Positions 51,207 to 62,290 of a DNA stretch of 64,000 nucleotides are shown here, one piece after another. The translations under genes and the position numbers were made by a program. Each line of letters opens with the position of its first letter. Positions within the stretch are counted from its first letter, which is position 1. This stretch comes from Mayamaea pseudoterrestris. Lineage: Eukaryota. The notes under the pieces were generated by a model. The model did no database searches and was not told the origin of the DNA. It worked only from the letters and a program-made list of their open reading frames with translations. The stretch covers positions 806,001 to 870,000 of the forward strand of contig BROI01000006.1 in assembly GCA_027923505.1 (NCBI GenBank), read 5' to 3'.

Positions 51207-52748
51207 TCAATCGTCAAAGGCTCCACGAAACATGTTCGCCGTCGATGCGGGCCTTGGCGCTCGATGATTAGCTATGAGAGATGATCTTCGGCGTCGGCCG
51301 TTGTCAGGTGAAGATGCTGTCAACGATGAGTCGCTGCTCGTGCTTGCCGCGGTTGTGCCACTGCCCTTGGACCATGTTGGAGATGAAGGCGACGGAAAGA
51401 AGCCGTAATCATCTACTTGATGCTGATCTTGTGTCTTTTGCATTTGCCGCTGCTCCACTTCTTTGGCGCTGCGACGACTGGTGGAGCTTTTGGTACTTTT
51501 GGAGCTGTGGCTCCGACCCTTATCCTTGCTTCTGATACCATCTTCCGACGAATGACTGCTCCGGCTACGACGAATTCTGTGCGCGCCTTTTGGATTGTCA
51601 TTCACATCTTCTTGCTTGGCCTTATCCTCGCCCAATGATTTAGGAGATGAGCCCTTAGAGCGCGAGCGCTCCTTTCGACTACATAAACTCTTGCTTCCGC
51701 TGCTTGACCTTCGTCGCCCGCGATTGTCGGCATCGTCATTACCCGACTCGATCAACATTCCCAGAGCCGCCTTGAGCTTGTCGGGTGACACGCGCTCCAA
51801 CGCCGCTTTGATTTCTGCCGCCGTTGCGCCATCGTTTAATCCCAGCGCCGATGCTTTGAGCCTAATGGCACGCTTCTTGCGAGTGCCTGTGGTATGCGCC
51901 CGCTTCGTCGGACTATCAATGATGGTTTTCGTGACGGGTGTTCCTGGGACGCTGCGTGAACCGTTCATGTTGAGTGGCCTGTCCCGTCTGGAGCGAGGCG
52001 ATAATATTCGCGGAGACACACCAGGCGTATCGTAGGATGACTGTCGCAGAACTCCACTGCGCACCTTGCTGGGCGTGATTGGTGGTGACGGCAAGGCATT
52101 GTTTCGCGCCGTCGCTTCCTGTCTCATGGTTTGCCATTGCCCAGAAAGTTCGGCAATGGAGAGTTCCTCATCTCCCTCGCCCTCGTGAATCAAGTCTGAT
52201 TGCGACATTGTGGCGGCAAAGTGTTTTCCTAAAGTTGACTTTTTCTTTTGCTGCGGAGAGAACTGTACGACACTAAAATCGAACGAATCGTGACCATCAT
52301 CAAGCTCATTTTCTGCTACCGGTGATCTGGATCTGGAAGATTGTTTGGTAGGAGGCGTGCTTACAGCGGGCTGCATGGTAATCACTCTTCTCGGAGAGGT
52401 GCTTCTACTAGAAGAGAAGGCTGCTTGGTCAAATACATCGTCGCTGCATACATTCTTTCCAAAATTTTGGAAGACATTCTTTCTTGTTGCTTCCTTTGTT
52501 TTAAAAGTTTCATCAAAAAACTGTAGCACAACATCATCTTGCGTCGCAAATGAATCAGACTGCTGCGGCGTCTCTCTCATCGCTCTCATAGCTGCTGCAT
52601 TGAGGTTAAGAGCGCTCGCTGGCTTAATACGCTGGGCCTCTGCAAGAGCGGAAGCAATGTCGTGCTCCTCATCGGTATCATCGCTGCTGTAAACGTCAGA
52701 CGCCTTGGCCGAAAGACGCTGGTTTAAAGTTCTTGCTCCACGAAACAT
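51207..52748 (-). CDS. Ser/Arg-rich, probably disordered hypothetical protein
   Basis: Long ORF, first ATG 52748; many SP/TP sites. Confidence 0.6.
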   Translation of the reverse strand: MFRGARTLNQRLSAKASDVYSSDDTDEEHDIASALAEAQRIKPASALNLNAAAMRAMRETPQQSDSFATQDDVVLQFFDETFKTKEATRKNVFQNFGKNVCSDDVFDQAAFSSSRSTSPRRVITMQPAVSTPPTKQSSRSRSPVAENELDDGHDSFDFSVVQFSPQQKKKSTLGKHFAATMSQSDLIHEGEGDEELSIAELSGQWQTMRQEATARNNALPSPPITPSKVRSGVLRQSSYDTPGVSPRILSPRSRRDRPLNMNGSRSVPGTPVTKTIIDSPTKRAHTTGTRKKRAIRLKASALGLNDGATAAEIKAALERVSPDKLKAALGMLIESGNDDADNRGRRRSSSGSKSLCSRKERSRSKGSSPKSLGEDKAKQEDVNDNPKGAHRIRRSRSSHSSEDGIRSKDKGRSHSSKSTKSSTSRRSAKEVEQRQMQKTQDQHQVDDYGFFPSPSSPTWSKGSGTTAASTSSDSSLTASSPDNGRRRRSSLIANHRAPRPASTANMFRGAFDD

Positions 52749-53224
52749 TGTGGCGGCTGTAATAGTTGCCGATACTTTGACGAGATTGGACGCCGAGTAT
52801 TTGTGAGCCGAGGCGAGGGGCTTACAATAGAGCTGCGACGCCAAGAGCTTGTTTGTGTCGTGGTGTCGACGCAAGAAAGGGAAACGATCGGTCATTTCCA
52901 CAAGTGACTCATTCGTCGGACAAAGTAGGAGTAGTTTTCAATAAAAATATTATTGCCCCAAGATCGCGCTATCAAACACGATCGATTTAAGTTGAACTAC
53001 GAATAAAAATCGCCAAATGCATGCTGGAAGTCTTTAGCTCGTCTGATCCCGGAGCACTTGATCACTTCATAAAGCGGTCAACCGCCTCCACTGCGCGGGA
53101 TTCATAAATAATGCATCGGCACCGTGTCGCTGCAAAGTTTAAAGTATAAGCAAGTATCCTAGCCGATGAGCACACTCTGCGAGCATCACATTCTATCCAA
53201 TACTCAATTGACGGTCCGTCTGCA

Positions 53225-55042
53225 ATGAAACCCTACTACTCCTACACTTTCGATGAATCTGCTGGTCTCGATAATGGACTGAATTGGATAACACCGGAAG
53301 ATAATATAACTCATGAATCGGCATACTCTATCTCAAATCGATGTCGATCAGTTTCAGAGACGAGCAAAGCACTTGGATCGTCATCGCATCATACCAAAGG
53401 AAGTTGGAACAGCATTGGTTTAGAAGATGTCTTTCAAAGTCCTAAGGGGCGAAAAAAACATTCAGCTCGCAAAAGCATAACGCATCGGCCCATCAACAAT
53501 CGCTATAACGACCTTGACGGCATGAGTGCGGCGTTCCCTTCTGAAATATCGATATATGCTGAGCACGATGAGGGACTTTGCTACTCCCGCAATGACTCGG
53601 CTCTTCAGAGGCAAAGGCGTCTCTCTTTGAGTCAAGTCGGTCAAGCTGAAGAGTTGGCGAGCGAGTTGTCTAAGTCTTCGTCATTGGCAAATTGCAGCCA
53701 GCAAAGCGCTAACACCAATGCAGATGACGATATAAATTTGTCCAAATCAGTCGACGATAAAAAGAAGCAATTAGAAGACACAAGCAACTGCGAATGTACG
53801 GCGGACCTCACGTGTTCGACGGACCTCGAACAAAGTTACACAGATTACTTTCGTCCTTACCAGCACCATGATTCCATTTCCCTTAATGCAATTAGGGAGT
53901 TCCAGCCATGTCCGCAAATGCCTCCGCCCGAAGACTTGATAGAGATTCTCAGTTTATCGACTGTGTCCGACAACGTAGAGTGCCCAGGCGAGCGGCTTCT
54001 GCCGGATCGTCAACGAGGTGACGCCGATCGAAACAATAGACGGCGCACAAGACGTTTGCTGAATGGGGTTCCTCCACACGATGCACCTCGTGATACGGAA
54101 AACTCGCGGCGGCGGGCAAGACAAAGCCCCACAAATACAAAGCGATGTTCTCGCCGTCACAAGAAGTTGCTCCAAAAACTAGAAAACTTTATTGAGGCAA
54201 CTCCAAATAGCAAACATACCGGTCGTAGTGGCCGGAGTGTTAGCGGTAGAAGCCGATCTACTGCGATAACCGTGGCTTCCGCGACAACGCTCAACGGGAA
54301 TCAACCTGACTCCAGCGCCAGAAAGTCGAGACAAAGTAGCGGACAGTCTCACAAGCGCCGAAACCGACGGCAAGTCAGTGACCGTCACACAATGGCCAAA
54401 ACTAATGTAGGAGTGGAGAAAGTCGTTGAGTCGAGGGCCCGAACTAGGGGTCGAAGTAGGAATCCGTCCGCAAGAAGCGCCAATTGCCGTACACCCGACG
54501 ACTCGACAAGCACTTTACGCCAAAGAGATCGGCATTCTCGTTCGAGCACTTCCTCACTGCACCGACGTGTTCGAAGGGAAAGTGTAGATCCGGATCAGGC
54601 ATTGAGAAGTATGAAGCACATGGAAGGTATCATCGCAGGAACTTCTGATTATGCATCGTCACCAGACCACCGGAGGAGAGACAGCCACAACAATGGCAAA
54701 GCGAAAGCGTCTCTAGAACTCCAGTTCGACCGACATCGCTCATCTTCGCCATCGAGTCGAAGATCACACCGGCTGCACCATCTTCCTAGCTCAGACAAGT
54801 CAAACGTAATGGTTCCAGGTACTCGCAGCTTCAACTATTCTAAAAGTTCTCGTGATGAAGGGATAGTTGGATTTCTCGAACTCGCTCAAAGTGGGACAAA
54901 CGAATTCAACACTAAATGTGGAGATATTGATTCCGGACATAAAAGAGACATTGACGACATCCTCCAGGCTGCAGGGATAACAGTCCAGCAGATTGCAGTG
55001 CTGCACAAACATGGCCTAAATATCTTACCAGATAACAAGTAG
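53225..55042 (+). CDS. Ser/Arg-rich, probably disordered hypothetical protein with a short C-terminal helical motif
   Basis: 605-aa ORF ending IDDILQAAGITVQQIAVLHKHGLNI. Confidence 0.6.
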   Translation: MKPYYSYTFDESAGLDNGLNWITPEDNITHESAYSISNRCRSVSETSKALGSSSHHTKGSWNSIGLEDVFQSPKGRKKHSARKSITHRPINNRYNDLDGMSAAFPSEISIYAEHDEGLCYSRNDSALQRQRRLSLSQVGQAEELASELSKSSSLANCSQQSANTNADDDINLSKSVDDKKKQLEDTSNCECTADLTCSTDLEQSYTDYFRPYQHHDSISLNAIREFQPCPQMPPPEDLIEILSLSTVSDNVECPGERLLPDRQRGDADRNNRRRTRRLLNGVPPHDAPRDTENSRRRARQSPTNTKRCSRRHKKLLQKLENFIEATPNSKHTGRSGRSVSGRSRSTAITVASATTLNGNQPDSSARKSRQSSGQSHKRRNRRQVSDRHTMAKTNVGVEKVVESRARTRGRSRNPSARSANCRTPDDSTSTLRQRDRHSRSSTSSLHRRVRRESVDPDQALRSMKHMEGIIAGTSDYASSPDHRRRDSHNNGKAKASLELQFDRHRSSSPSSRRSHRLHHLPSSDKSNVMVPGTRSFNYSKSSRDEGIVGFLELAQSGTNEFNTKCGDIDSGHKRDIDDILQAAGITVQQIAVLHKHGLNILPDNK

Positions 55043-55047
55043 ACCTA

Positions 55048-56570
55048 TCAGCGTTGATTGTTAACTCGAGTGATCGTCAGCCCAAGCTCGCGCAGCCCCT
55101 CCAGCTGCTCGCTTGAAATACCGAAAAATGATCTAACATTTTGAACATTACACTGCTGTCCAGCCGCTTCACGTCAGGCACATTTTATGCAAATACCTGC
55201 TAAAGTGGGGAGCCCTTGTGCGCTATTCTAAAGCATTCTCGATTGTCTGAACACCGACTGACAGATCGTCGACGTGATCTTATTGACCCTGTTTTCTCTC
55301 CGACAAACTGTAAAAGAAAATTATACGCTTTTACGATTTGAACTTAAACGAGTTGCGTTCACCAGCTGATCATTCTTAAACGTAGCAGAACTGTCGCTCA
55401 AATCTATGCCTGTTGCCGCCGACCGCTAACTGTTATCAAGCGCTATCGCATGGTCTAGCGAGTTTGACTTCACCAAACTCACCCGGCCTACACGGCGCTT
55501 GAGCAGCGGGCCAGCACTGTTGGTGCTCGTTCGGTGGTTATCCTCTCCCCGGCTAAGCGACCGAGCACGGTGCTGCTCTTGATGTGACTCGATTATACTT
55601 GCTCGACGAGTAACGCGTCTGCCATACGGCGTAACACTCGCACAAGTTGCAAGGTACTTAAACAAAACTAAAATTCGAGAACGCTTCGCTAGCCGCCTGG
55701 CTTTCGCTGTGTCTAATTCCTCTCGTCGCGCACGGCAGATGGTGATCATCAACGCCATCCTCACCACATCCAATATTCAGTGACGAGAGTGGAGCCTATT
55801 TCCTGTCCGCAGTCTTTGCTGTGGAGATCGAGTGGGTGGATTCATAAGGTGCTTTTGATGGCTTGACGCTCTGCTTGTCTCGCGTAAATCCTCCCTTAAA
55901 GCGGATTATAATCAAATCCAGCGCTTTCGAGATGTCAGGGCCAAATTACTGGCACTTATTTTGACGATACGACGAGGAGTAGTAGGACGTTGTTCATTCC
56001 TCGGTGAATTCACTGATTTCATGGGCGGTGATCTCCTCGGCTTTGCTCCGGCGAAAGCTCCAGCGAATTCGAGTATACATTTCCCGTGATATTCACAAGC
56101 AACTTTTTGATAGATTTCCCATCTGTAGTAGCTTCAAATTCAACTGCAAAATCAATGTTGCCTTCACGGGTCGGCCGTGAAAGTCTCTCCTTCTCCTTTG
56201 CTTCCGACAACAACGTGTGCTCAGTCGATGACAAAATGAATCAGCGGCATCAATGGAGTAGCCCCCGAAAGCTCTCCTGGCAAGGGTTAGCAGGCGATTA
56301 TCGTCAAAATTTTGCGCAACTCCCTGACGAGCCAGTCGATTCCAAACCGAAAAAAGGCAAAGTTTCTAGGCGAAGATAGTCTGCTCAGGATGGCAGAGAA
56401 GACTCTCCTGATGAAGGATTCTCAGTTGACGAGTTCTTCTTTTCGATGGAAAGCGCGGCAGTGCAGACCCAGCCAACAAGGATGAAGTCGTGCTCTTTGG
56501 GTGACAGGCTTACAATCGTGCCTTGGCTGCTACATTCATCACAGCGGCGTCACAGTCTCTATCTTCGCAT
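55048..56570 (-). pseudogene. Possible decayed Ser/Arg-rich gene, convergent with 53225-55042
   Basis: Fragment 55173-55048 reads FFGISSEQLEGLRELGLTI, similar to the neighbour's C-terminal motif. The Arg/Ser-rich ORF 55426-55773 is in the same frame but separated by several stops. The upstream boundary is a guess. Confidence 0.35.
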
Positions 56571-56626
56571 CTTGTTGTTGAGGAATGGAAAAGATAGCCA
56601 GGAGAGATTACTTTTACAGCAATGGT

Positions 56627-59443
56627 TTATTTGTCTACCGTACTTCGACTTCTGCGTCTCCTTGATTCAGTGCCTGCAGGCCCATTTGCTTCCTCCGAGC
56701 TCGACGCATGCGAACCACTTCCCTTGCGAGCAGAATGTAGCTCCTGCCGAGAACCGTTCATCTCGGATACACTGACCCTTATCTTGCGCACCCGCCCTTT
56801 GGAAGGTCGATGATCAGTGGAACTCAACGATCTATTAACGCCGCGAGAATCCTTTGGCGAGTTATGCCAGGTGCTCCCAAGGTTGTCGCGTGGCGACCGT
56901 TCCGAATGGTGGCGGACATGCCCAGCTGCTGTCAAGCTTTCCTTCACCTTGCTTTTAATTTGCGCCAGTACTTCAGGATCTTCTACACTGCGACCACTCG
57001 AGCGACGTCGAACATGTTCTGAATGACGTTCACCACTCAAGCGCCGGCGTCCATGTTCTGAATGCTCTCGCTTGTCGCTATTTGTACCGGGAAAATCCTC
57101 GTGCTTTTGGCGCGGCGATCGCTGAGTCTGCTTGTCATCTTCCACTTTATCGCCTCCACCTTCGTGTCCGTACGAACGACGCCGATGACTTGAGCTTTCC
57201 CCTATCAATTCTTTCTCTTTGTCATCCTTGGCCTTTATTCGCGCCAGAAGTACATTGGCTTCAGGGCGACCATGACTTGACTTTTTCTCCTCGTCATTTC
57301 GTCGGCTAGTACGACGGCGGTGCGATGAGCTGTTTGCTGCTTTGCCATCGGCTGCTTTGCCATCGTCTGCATGCTTGTCACTTGAACTGCTACGGTGCGA
57401 CGAACGATGACTTCCGCTGGACTTACGCTCATCAGAGTGTTTGTCGCTTGAACTGCTACGATGTGACGAGCGGTGATTTCCAGTTGACTTTCTTGCCTCG
57501 TCGCGTCGATTAGAGCGCCTTTGGTGGGCCGCCGTTTCAGTGTCAGTGTCCTTTTTGTGTGGACTCTCCGACTTGGGCGACCTAGCGTGTCTCGATCGTT
57601 CCATTTCTTTTTCCTTGGCTTTGATCAAAGCTAATACCTTGTTTTCGGAGCGTACAGGTGTAACATTATTAGCAGGGGCGTCTTCGTTAAGCAACTCCGC
57701 CCGAAGACTAGCATCAACAGAAGCAGATCCCCTTTGCTTAGCTTTTATCATTTGCAACACCTTGTTTTCTGTACTTGCCGGCCGAAGACCAGGCGAATTA
57801 CGAATATCGTCCTCTGCTAACAATTCCGCACGAAGATCAGAGTCCAAACTGCGTGTGTTGCTCTCCTTTGCCTTTATCATTGCAAGTACCTTGCCTTCTG
57901 CAGTCCCTGCACGTGTGCTTGGTAGCTCAGACGATTCTTCATCATCCGTCAGAAAGGACGGAACACCAGTATCTTCGCGCATCTTCTCGCGTTCCTTATG
58001 TCTTATGAGAGCGAGTACCTTATTTTCGGCAGTAACTGGTTCCTCTGCGTCTGACCCCTCGGTCGTCGAACGTGATTTCTCAGCACCCGAGTCTTCTGAT
58101 ACAGAATCGCCACCTTTGGACGATTTGGATGCTGCCGAAACATCATCGGAATCCATGAAAGCGTGTTTGTTTCGATTGAAGAAATTTCTTGGGTTAAGCC
58201 GCTTTCGCTGCGATGGGCTCTTATTGGCAGCATCATCGCCCTCCCCATCCGCGGATGAATGCTTGAAAATGGCACCAAACACACCGCTAGCCTTGCTATT
58301 AATTCCTCCTCCAATATCATCGTTGCCATTACTATCATCATTGTCGTTCATTTTTTGGCGTGCCCTTTGAAAGATGGACCGTCCGCCGCGATTGCTTTTA
58401 TTCATTTCAATTTTTTCGTGCAAATCAGTGGTAGGACCAGCAGCACTGAATGCATTCGTACTAGTTGACTCTGTTTTTGGAGCATCCGCTAGCGACGATG
58501 ATGGCTTGCGAAAGCTTTCTTGCCGCTTGCGAGCCAGGCGAGGGTTTCGCGCCTTGGCAATAGCGTCGCTCGAATTTCCTGCAAGCAGTCCAGCAGTGCT
58601 ACTTGAAGTAGCACTGACAGAATGGTCCCCGTCTGGCATTGCTCCATTGCCAAATGTGCTATTAATACCAAGTAGTTGCGGACCCACGGAACGTTGCCGT
58701 TGCTGACGCGAGATTCCCTTGGCAGCAGCACCGGGCACAAGCAAGGCACTTCCGACCGATTTTTGTCGTTGCTGTCGTGTCGTGACGGGCTTTTCGAAGC
58801 GCTTCTGCAATGGTTGTATCTTGCCGCCAGCAGCCGGAAGTGTAGTCGGTCGCCTCAAGTTGGATTGACCTGGTATTTGACGTGCGTTTGCGGAAGATTT
58901 GGCGGAAGAAGACTTGTCCTTTCCATCAAGCCAAACATTCGATTCGTCGATTCCACTGGCATCGAATTTGAAAGCATTATCGTTTCCGAAAAAATCCATC
59001 GACAAGGTTTCTAAACCCAACGATTCCTGATCCCTTCCTTTGCTACACGGACTGTTGCCTCGGGACGACAAGGAATGCCTTGGAGATTCAACTTCGGAAT
59101 CATCGTGACAATCAGTAGCTTTCGTGGTTATATCGCCATTTCCACTGGCAGCAACACCCTGCGATTCATCAAAGCTCTCACTATCAGCGCTTTGGCCATC
59201 ATTGTAGTCATCGAAATCATTGTTAGCGTGCAGCAACTGCTTGTGTCGTGATGTCGTCGAGGAATTTAGCTGCTTGGCTGTCGCAAATGCGGATGGATCA
59301 AAATCCACAGCAGAAAAGTCAAAACTTTGCGTCGAGTTATGAAAGAGGTCTTCATTGGATAGCCCGTCTGTCTTTAGCTTGCTCAGTGAAGCAAGTTTAC
59401 TCTGCGGCTTGGCTCGATCCGATGCGCTGCCGGAGTTTCTCAT
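56627..59443 (-). CDS. Low-complexity protein with repeated ENKVLxxIKAKE helices
   Basis: Long ORF, first ATG 59443; four strong and two weak copies of the repeat; two copies each of LRAELL and HRSSHRSSSSDKH. Confidence 0.7.
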   Translation of the reverse strand: MRNSGSASDRAKPQSKLASLSKLKTDGLSNEDLFHNSTQSFDFSAVDFDPSAFATAKQLNSSTTSRHKQLLHANNDFDDYNDGQSADSESFDESQGVAASGNGDITTKATDCHDDSEVESPRHSLSSRGNSPCSKGRDQESLGLETLSMDFFGNDNAFKFDASGIDESNVWLDGKDKSSSAKSSANARQIPGQSNLRRPTTLPAAGGKIQPLQKRFEKPVTTRQQRQKSVGSALLVPGAAAKGISRQQRQRSVGPQLLGINSTFGNGAMPDGDHSVSATSSSTAGLLAGNSSDAIAKARNPRLARKRQESFRKPSSSLADAPKTESTSTNAFSAAGPTTDLHEKIEMNKSNRGGRSIFQRARQKMNDNDDSNGNDDIGGGINSKASGVFGAIFKHSSADGEGDDAANKSPSQRKRLNPRNFFNRNKHAFMDSDDVSAASKSSKGGDSVSEDSGAEKSRSTTEGSDAEEPVTAENKVLALIRHKEREKMREDTGVPSFLTDDEESSELPSTRAGTAEGKVLAMIKAKESNTRSLDSDLRAELLAEDDIRNSPGLRPASTENKVLQMIKAKQRGSASVDASLRAELLNEDAPANNVTPVRSENKVLALIKAKEKEMERSRHARSPKSESPHKKDTDTETAAHQRRSNRRDEARKSTGNHRSSHRSSSSDKHSDERKSSGSHRSSHRSSSSDKHADDGKAADGKAANSSSHRRRTSRRNDEEKKSSHGRPEANVLLARIKAKDDKEKELIGESSSHRRRSYGHEGGGDKVEDDKQTQRSPRQKHEDFPGTNSDKREHSEHGRRRLSGERHSEHVRRRSSGRSVEDPEVLAQIKSKVKESLTAAGHVRHHSERSPRDNLGSTWHNSPKDSRGVNRSLSSTDHRPSKGRVRKIRVSVSEMNGSRQELHSARKGSGSHASSSEEANGPAGTESRRRRSRSTVDK

Positions 59444-59987
59444 CGGATGTCTATATTGTCGTCCCAGCGCAAGTGCCAAACCCAGTAGATAGCTATTACC
59501 TAGGCATCAAATTAAAGTTTTGTAATTTCCGTCGTTGATAAGCAAAAGCATGAGCTACTTCAGCCGTCGTTTTGGTCTATCTCTGCAAGTTTCGTCGCAT
59601 GTCTCATCATGGTCGACTTTCGAGGCTGCGGCGCGACGGATCGACGATGAGCATTCAATAAAGAGTATTCGTGCAATGACCCTTTCGTCCATCTATGCCC
59701 CGCCGTCGGATATGCCGGCGCGCTGAAAGATACCATGCGACACGCGGAAGCACTTGCCAGCCTCGTACAAACGCTACGTGGGGAACTCGTAGGATGACTC
59801 GCCAAAAGACTCGCCAGAGGTGCGTCCCTCGCATGGTTGGATTGCGTCAAGCACAACGCAAAACGATTGCAAACGAAAGCTCTCTCGAGTTGCGTTGTAG
59901 TCAATCAAAGAAGTCTTATTTGCAATCATTCCTCGCAACGAAAGAAGCAAGTGTATAAGCAGCATGAGTCCATTCAATTGCACTCCA

Positions 59988-62102
59988 ATGGCGGAGGAAA
60001 CGCAGGTGGAGGCGATTGAGCGGCAAAACTCGGCCTTTGGCGATAACTATTCAATCAAAAGTCGGTCGACGAATAGCCATCATGCTAATATTCGATACCA
60101 TGATGAGCCGGAAGCTGACTATGATGAGGGAGCGACACTTTTGTATCGGTAAGTGCAGTGTTCGAGATTGACTAAAAAAGTGATCGAGGTGCAATTTGCA
60201 ATGCCTCGCCAATATGCGAAGTCAACGTAATACTCACATAACTGACCTATTCTTTATTATTACACCACACAGGCACATTGAGAACAAAGATTGGGACCAG
60301 GCCCTTGGACGATTGGAAGGCGCACCAGTAGAGGCCAAGACTTGGGTGTTTCGCCGTGAAGCCAACTCGGAAAAAACTCGTTGGCGATTGCTTCCAATTC
60401 ACGCCGTCTGCATCTTTCGGGCACCCCTCGCTCTCATTGAAGCCTTGATTGAAGTCTACCCGGATGGTCCGCAAATGAAGGATGACCAGGGCATGCTGCC
60501 AGTACATTTGGCCTGTCGCAATGGAGCGAGCAAGGGAGTCGTCATGACATTGCTCGCGGCTTTTCCAGAGTCCATTCACGTGCGCGATCGCAAGGGGCGC
60601 TCACCTGTCGACCTTGTTCTCAACAGTGCGTCGGCCAATAAGGAAGCCGTGTTGGTGGCCCTCAAGAAGTTTCGTCGCGAGGTACCGGAATCGCCCACAA
60701 ACATGAACATGGAAGTCTTGTATCATCACAACAATACGAATACTACAAACCTGAGCAGCACCAGGAGCACGCCACTGACAATTGAGCCGGCCATTTCCAA
60801 GCGAGAAAAGACTCCTCGAAACAACTCGATTGGAAGTAGTGTTGGTGCTGCGCCAACGCCTCACTCACTAGCGGTGCCACCAACTCCTGCTGCTCCAGGA
60901 TCACCCGTCGTCAAGGAAGTTGACTACGAGCATCGCACGATTCTCTTTCGCCTCATTCTCAAGAAAGAATGGAAAGCAGCATCAGCTCGTGCAGCTTCGC
61001 ATCCAGAGGAAGCACAGACTTGGATCGTCACCAAGGGGTTCAACGGCAACCTGCGGTTCCTTCCGCTGCACAAGGCGTGCGTTCTGCAACCACCAGACTA
61101 TCTCATTGAGGAGCTGTTGCGGGCGTATAATCCGGCGTCGATGGAAAAGGACCAGGATGGATGGCTGCCCTTGCACTGCGCGTGCTTTTACGGCGCCAAC
61201 GAAAAGGTCATTTCCGTGTTGCTGGCCGCTAATCCTCGCGGAGCACAATCCAAGGACGACGAAGGTCGACTGCCGCTTCACTACGCTTGTCTCAAGGGTG
61301 CCGCGCAAGGCTGCGTTGACGCGTTGCTGCAGTGCTTTCCCAAGGGTGCCATGAGCAAGGATGACGAGGGCCGCTTGCCGATCCATCATGCCTGCGGCAA
61401 GGAGCACCGGAAGGTGTCATTGACGCCTTGCTCAAGGCATCTCCCAAGGGAGCGCAGTCCAAGGATGACCAGGGACGCTTGCCGCTCCATCATGCCTGCC
61501 GCAAAAATGCAAGTGAGCGCGTCATTCGAACACTCGTCAAGGTATATCCCCGGGCCGCCCAAATCAAGGACGACCAAGACAAGCTGCCGATTCACTACGC
61601 ATGCCAGCATCAAGCGTCATCGCAGGTTGTTTCGCTCCTCCTGCAAACGTATCCCGAATCAATAAGCGTCCAAAACGGATTTGGTTACACGCCACTCGCA
61701 GAAGCCAAGTCGCAGGACAATGTCAAGATGGAAGCTGTGATTAAAATCTTAGAAAAGGCCAAGAAGGAGCAAGACAAGAAAAAGGCTGCCAATAACAGCG
61801 AGTACAACATTTACGACGCCAAGATTGCCAACCTAGAAGATAAAGTGTACAGTTTGGAAAAGACCTTATCAAAGGTTGCCATGTTGGGCAAGGAAATAAA
61901 GGTGGACTTGACACGCAAGCAACGAAACCCGACGGAAGTATTGGAACGGTTTGCCGATCGTCTCATTGAAGTGAGTAGTGGGAAGAGTAGCTCGTCGAAC
62001 AGTGGCGCTAGCAAGACGCCACTTAAGAGCCGTCAAGCAACTCCTGTCAAGGGATTGTTTGGCATTGGTGGCGGTCGTTCCAAGAGTGCCAAGGCCGTGT
62101 AG
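59988..62102 (+). CDS. Diatom ankyrin-like (dAnk-like) multi-repeat protein (intron 60149-60272; one base missing at about 61401)
   Basis: Two N-cap modules (EADYDEGATLLYRHIENKDW..AKTWV..WRLLPIH; EVDYEHRTILF..AQTWI..FLPLH) and several KDD[EQ]G[RWM]LP[LIV]H repeats. Adding one G at 61401-61402 fuses the two track ORFs. Alternative ATG at 59964. Confidence 0.8.
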
Positions 62103-62290
62103 TAGATAAAGGGGAATAAGTGTGTATGTTTGCGTTTTACAATGCGTGCAGTGAACATGTAGCCAAGCGCTTGCATTCGCGCTGATTATTTGAGCGTGCC
62201 ACACGATCACATTTCTTATTAAGATAACAAATTTTATTATAAACCCCACCAGCTCATGCCTGATATTGCTCGTCTGTCGAATGAATGCAT

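Noticed and set aside
61395..61430. Programmed ribosomal frameshift
   Set aside because: There is no slippery heptamer; a one-base deletion in a G run explains the break.
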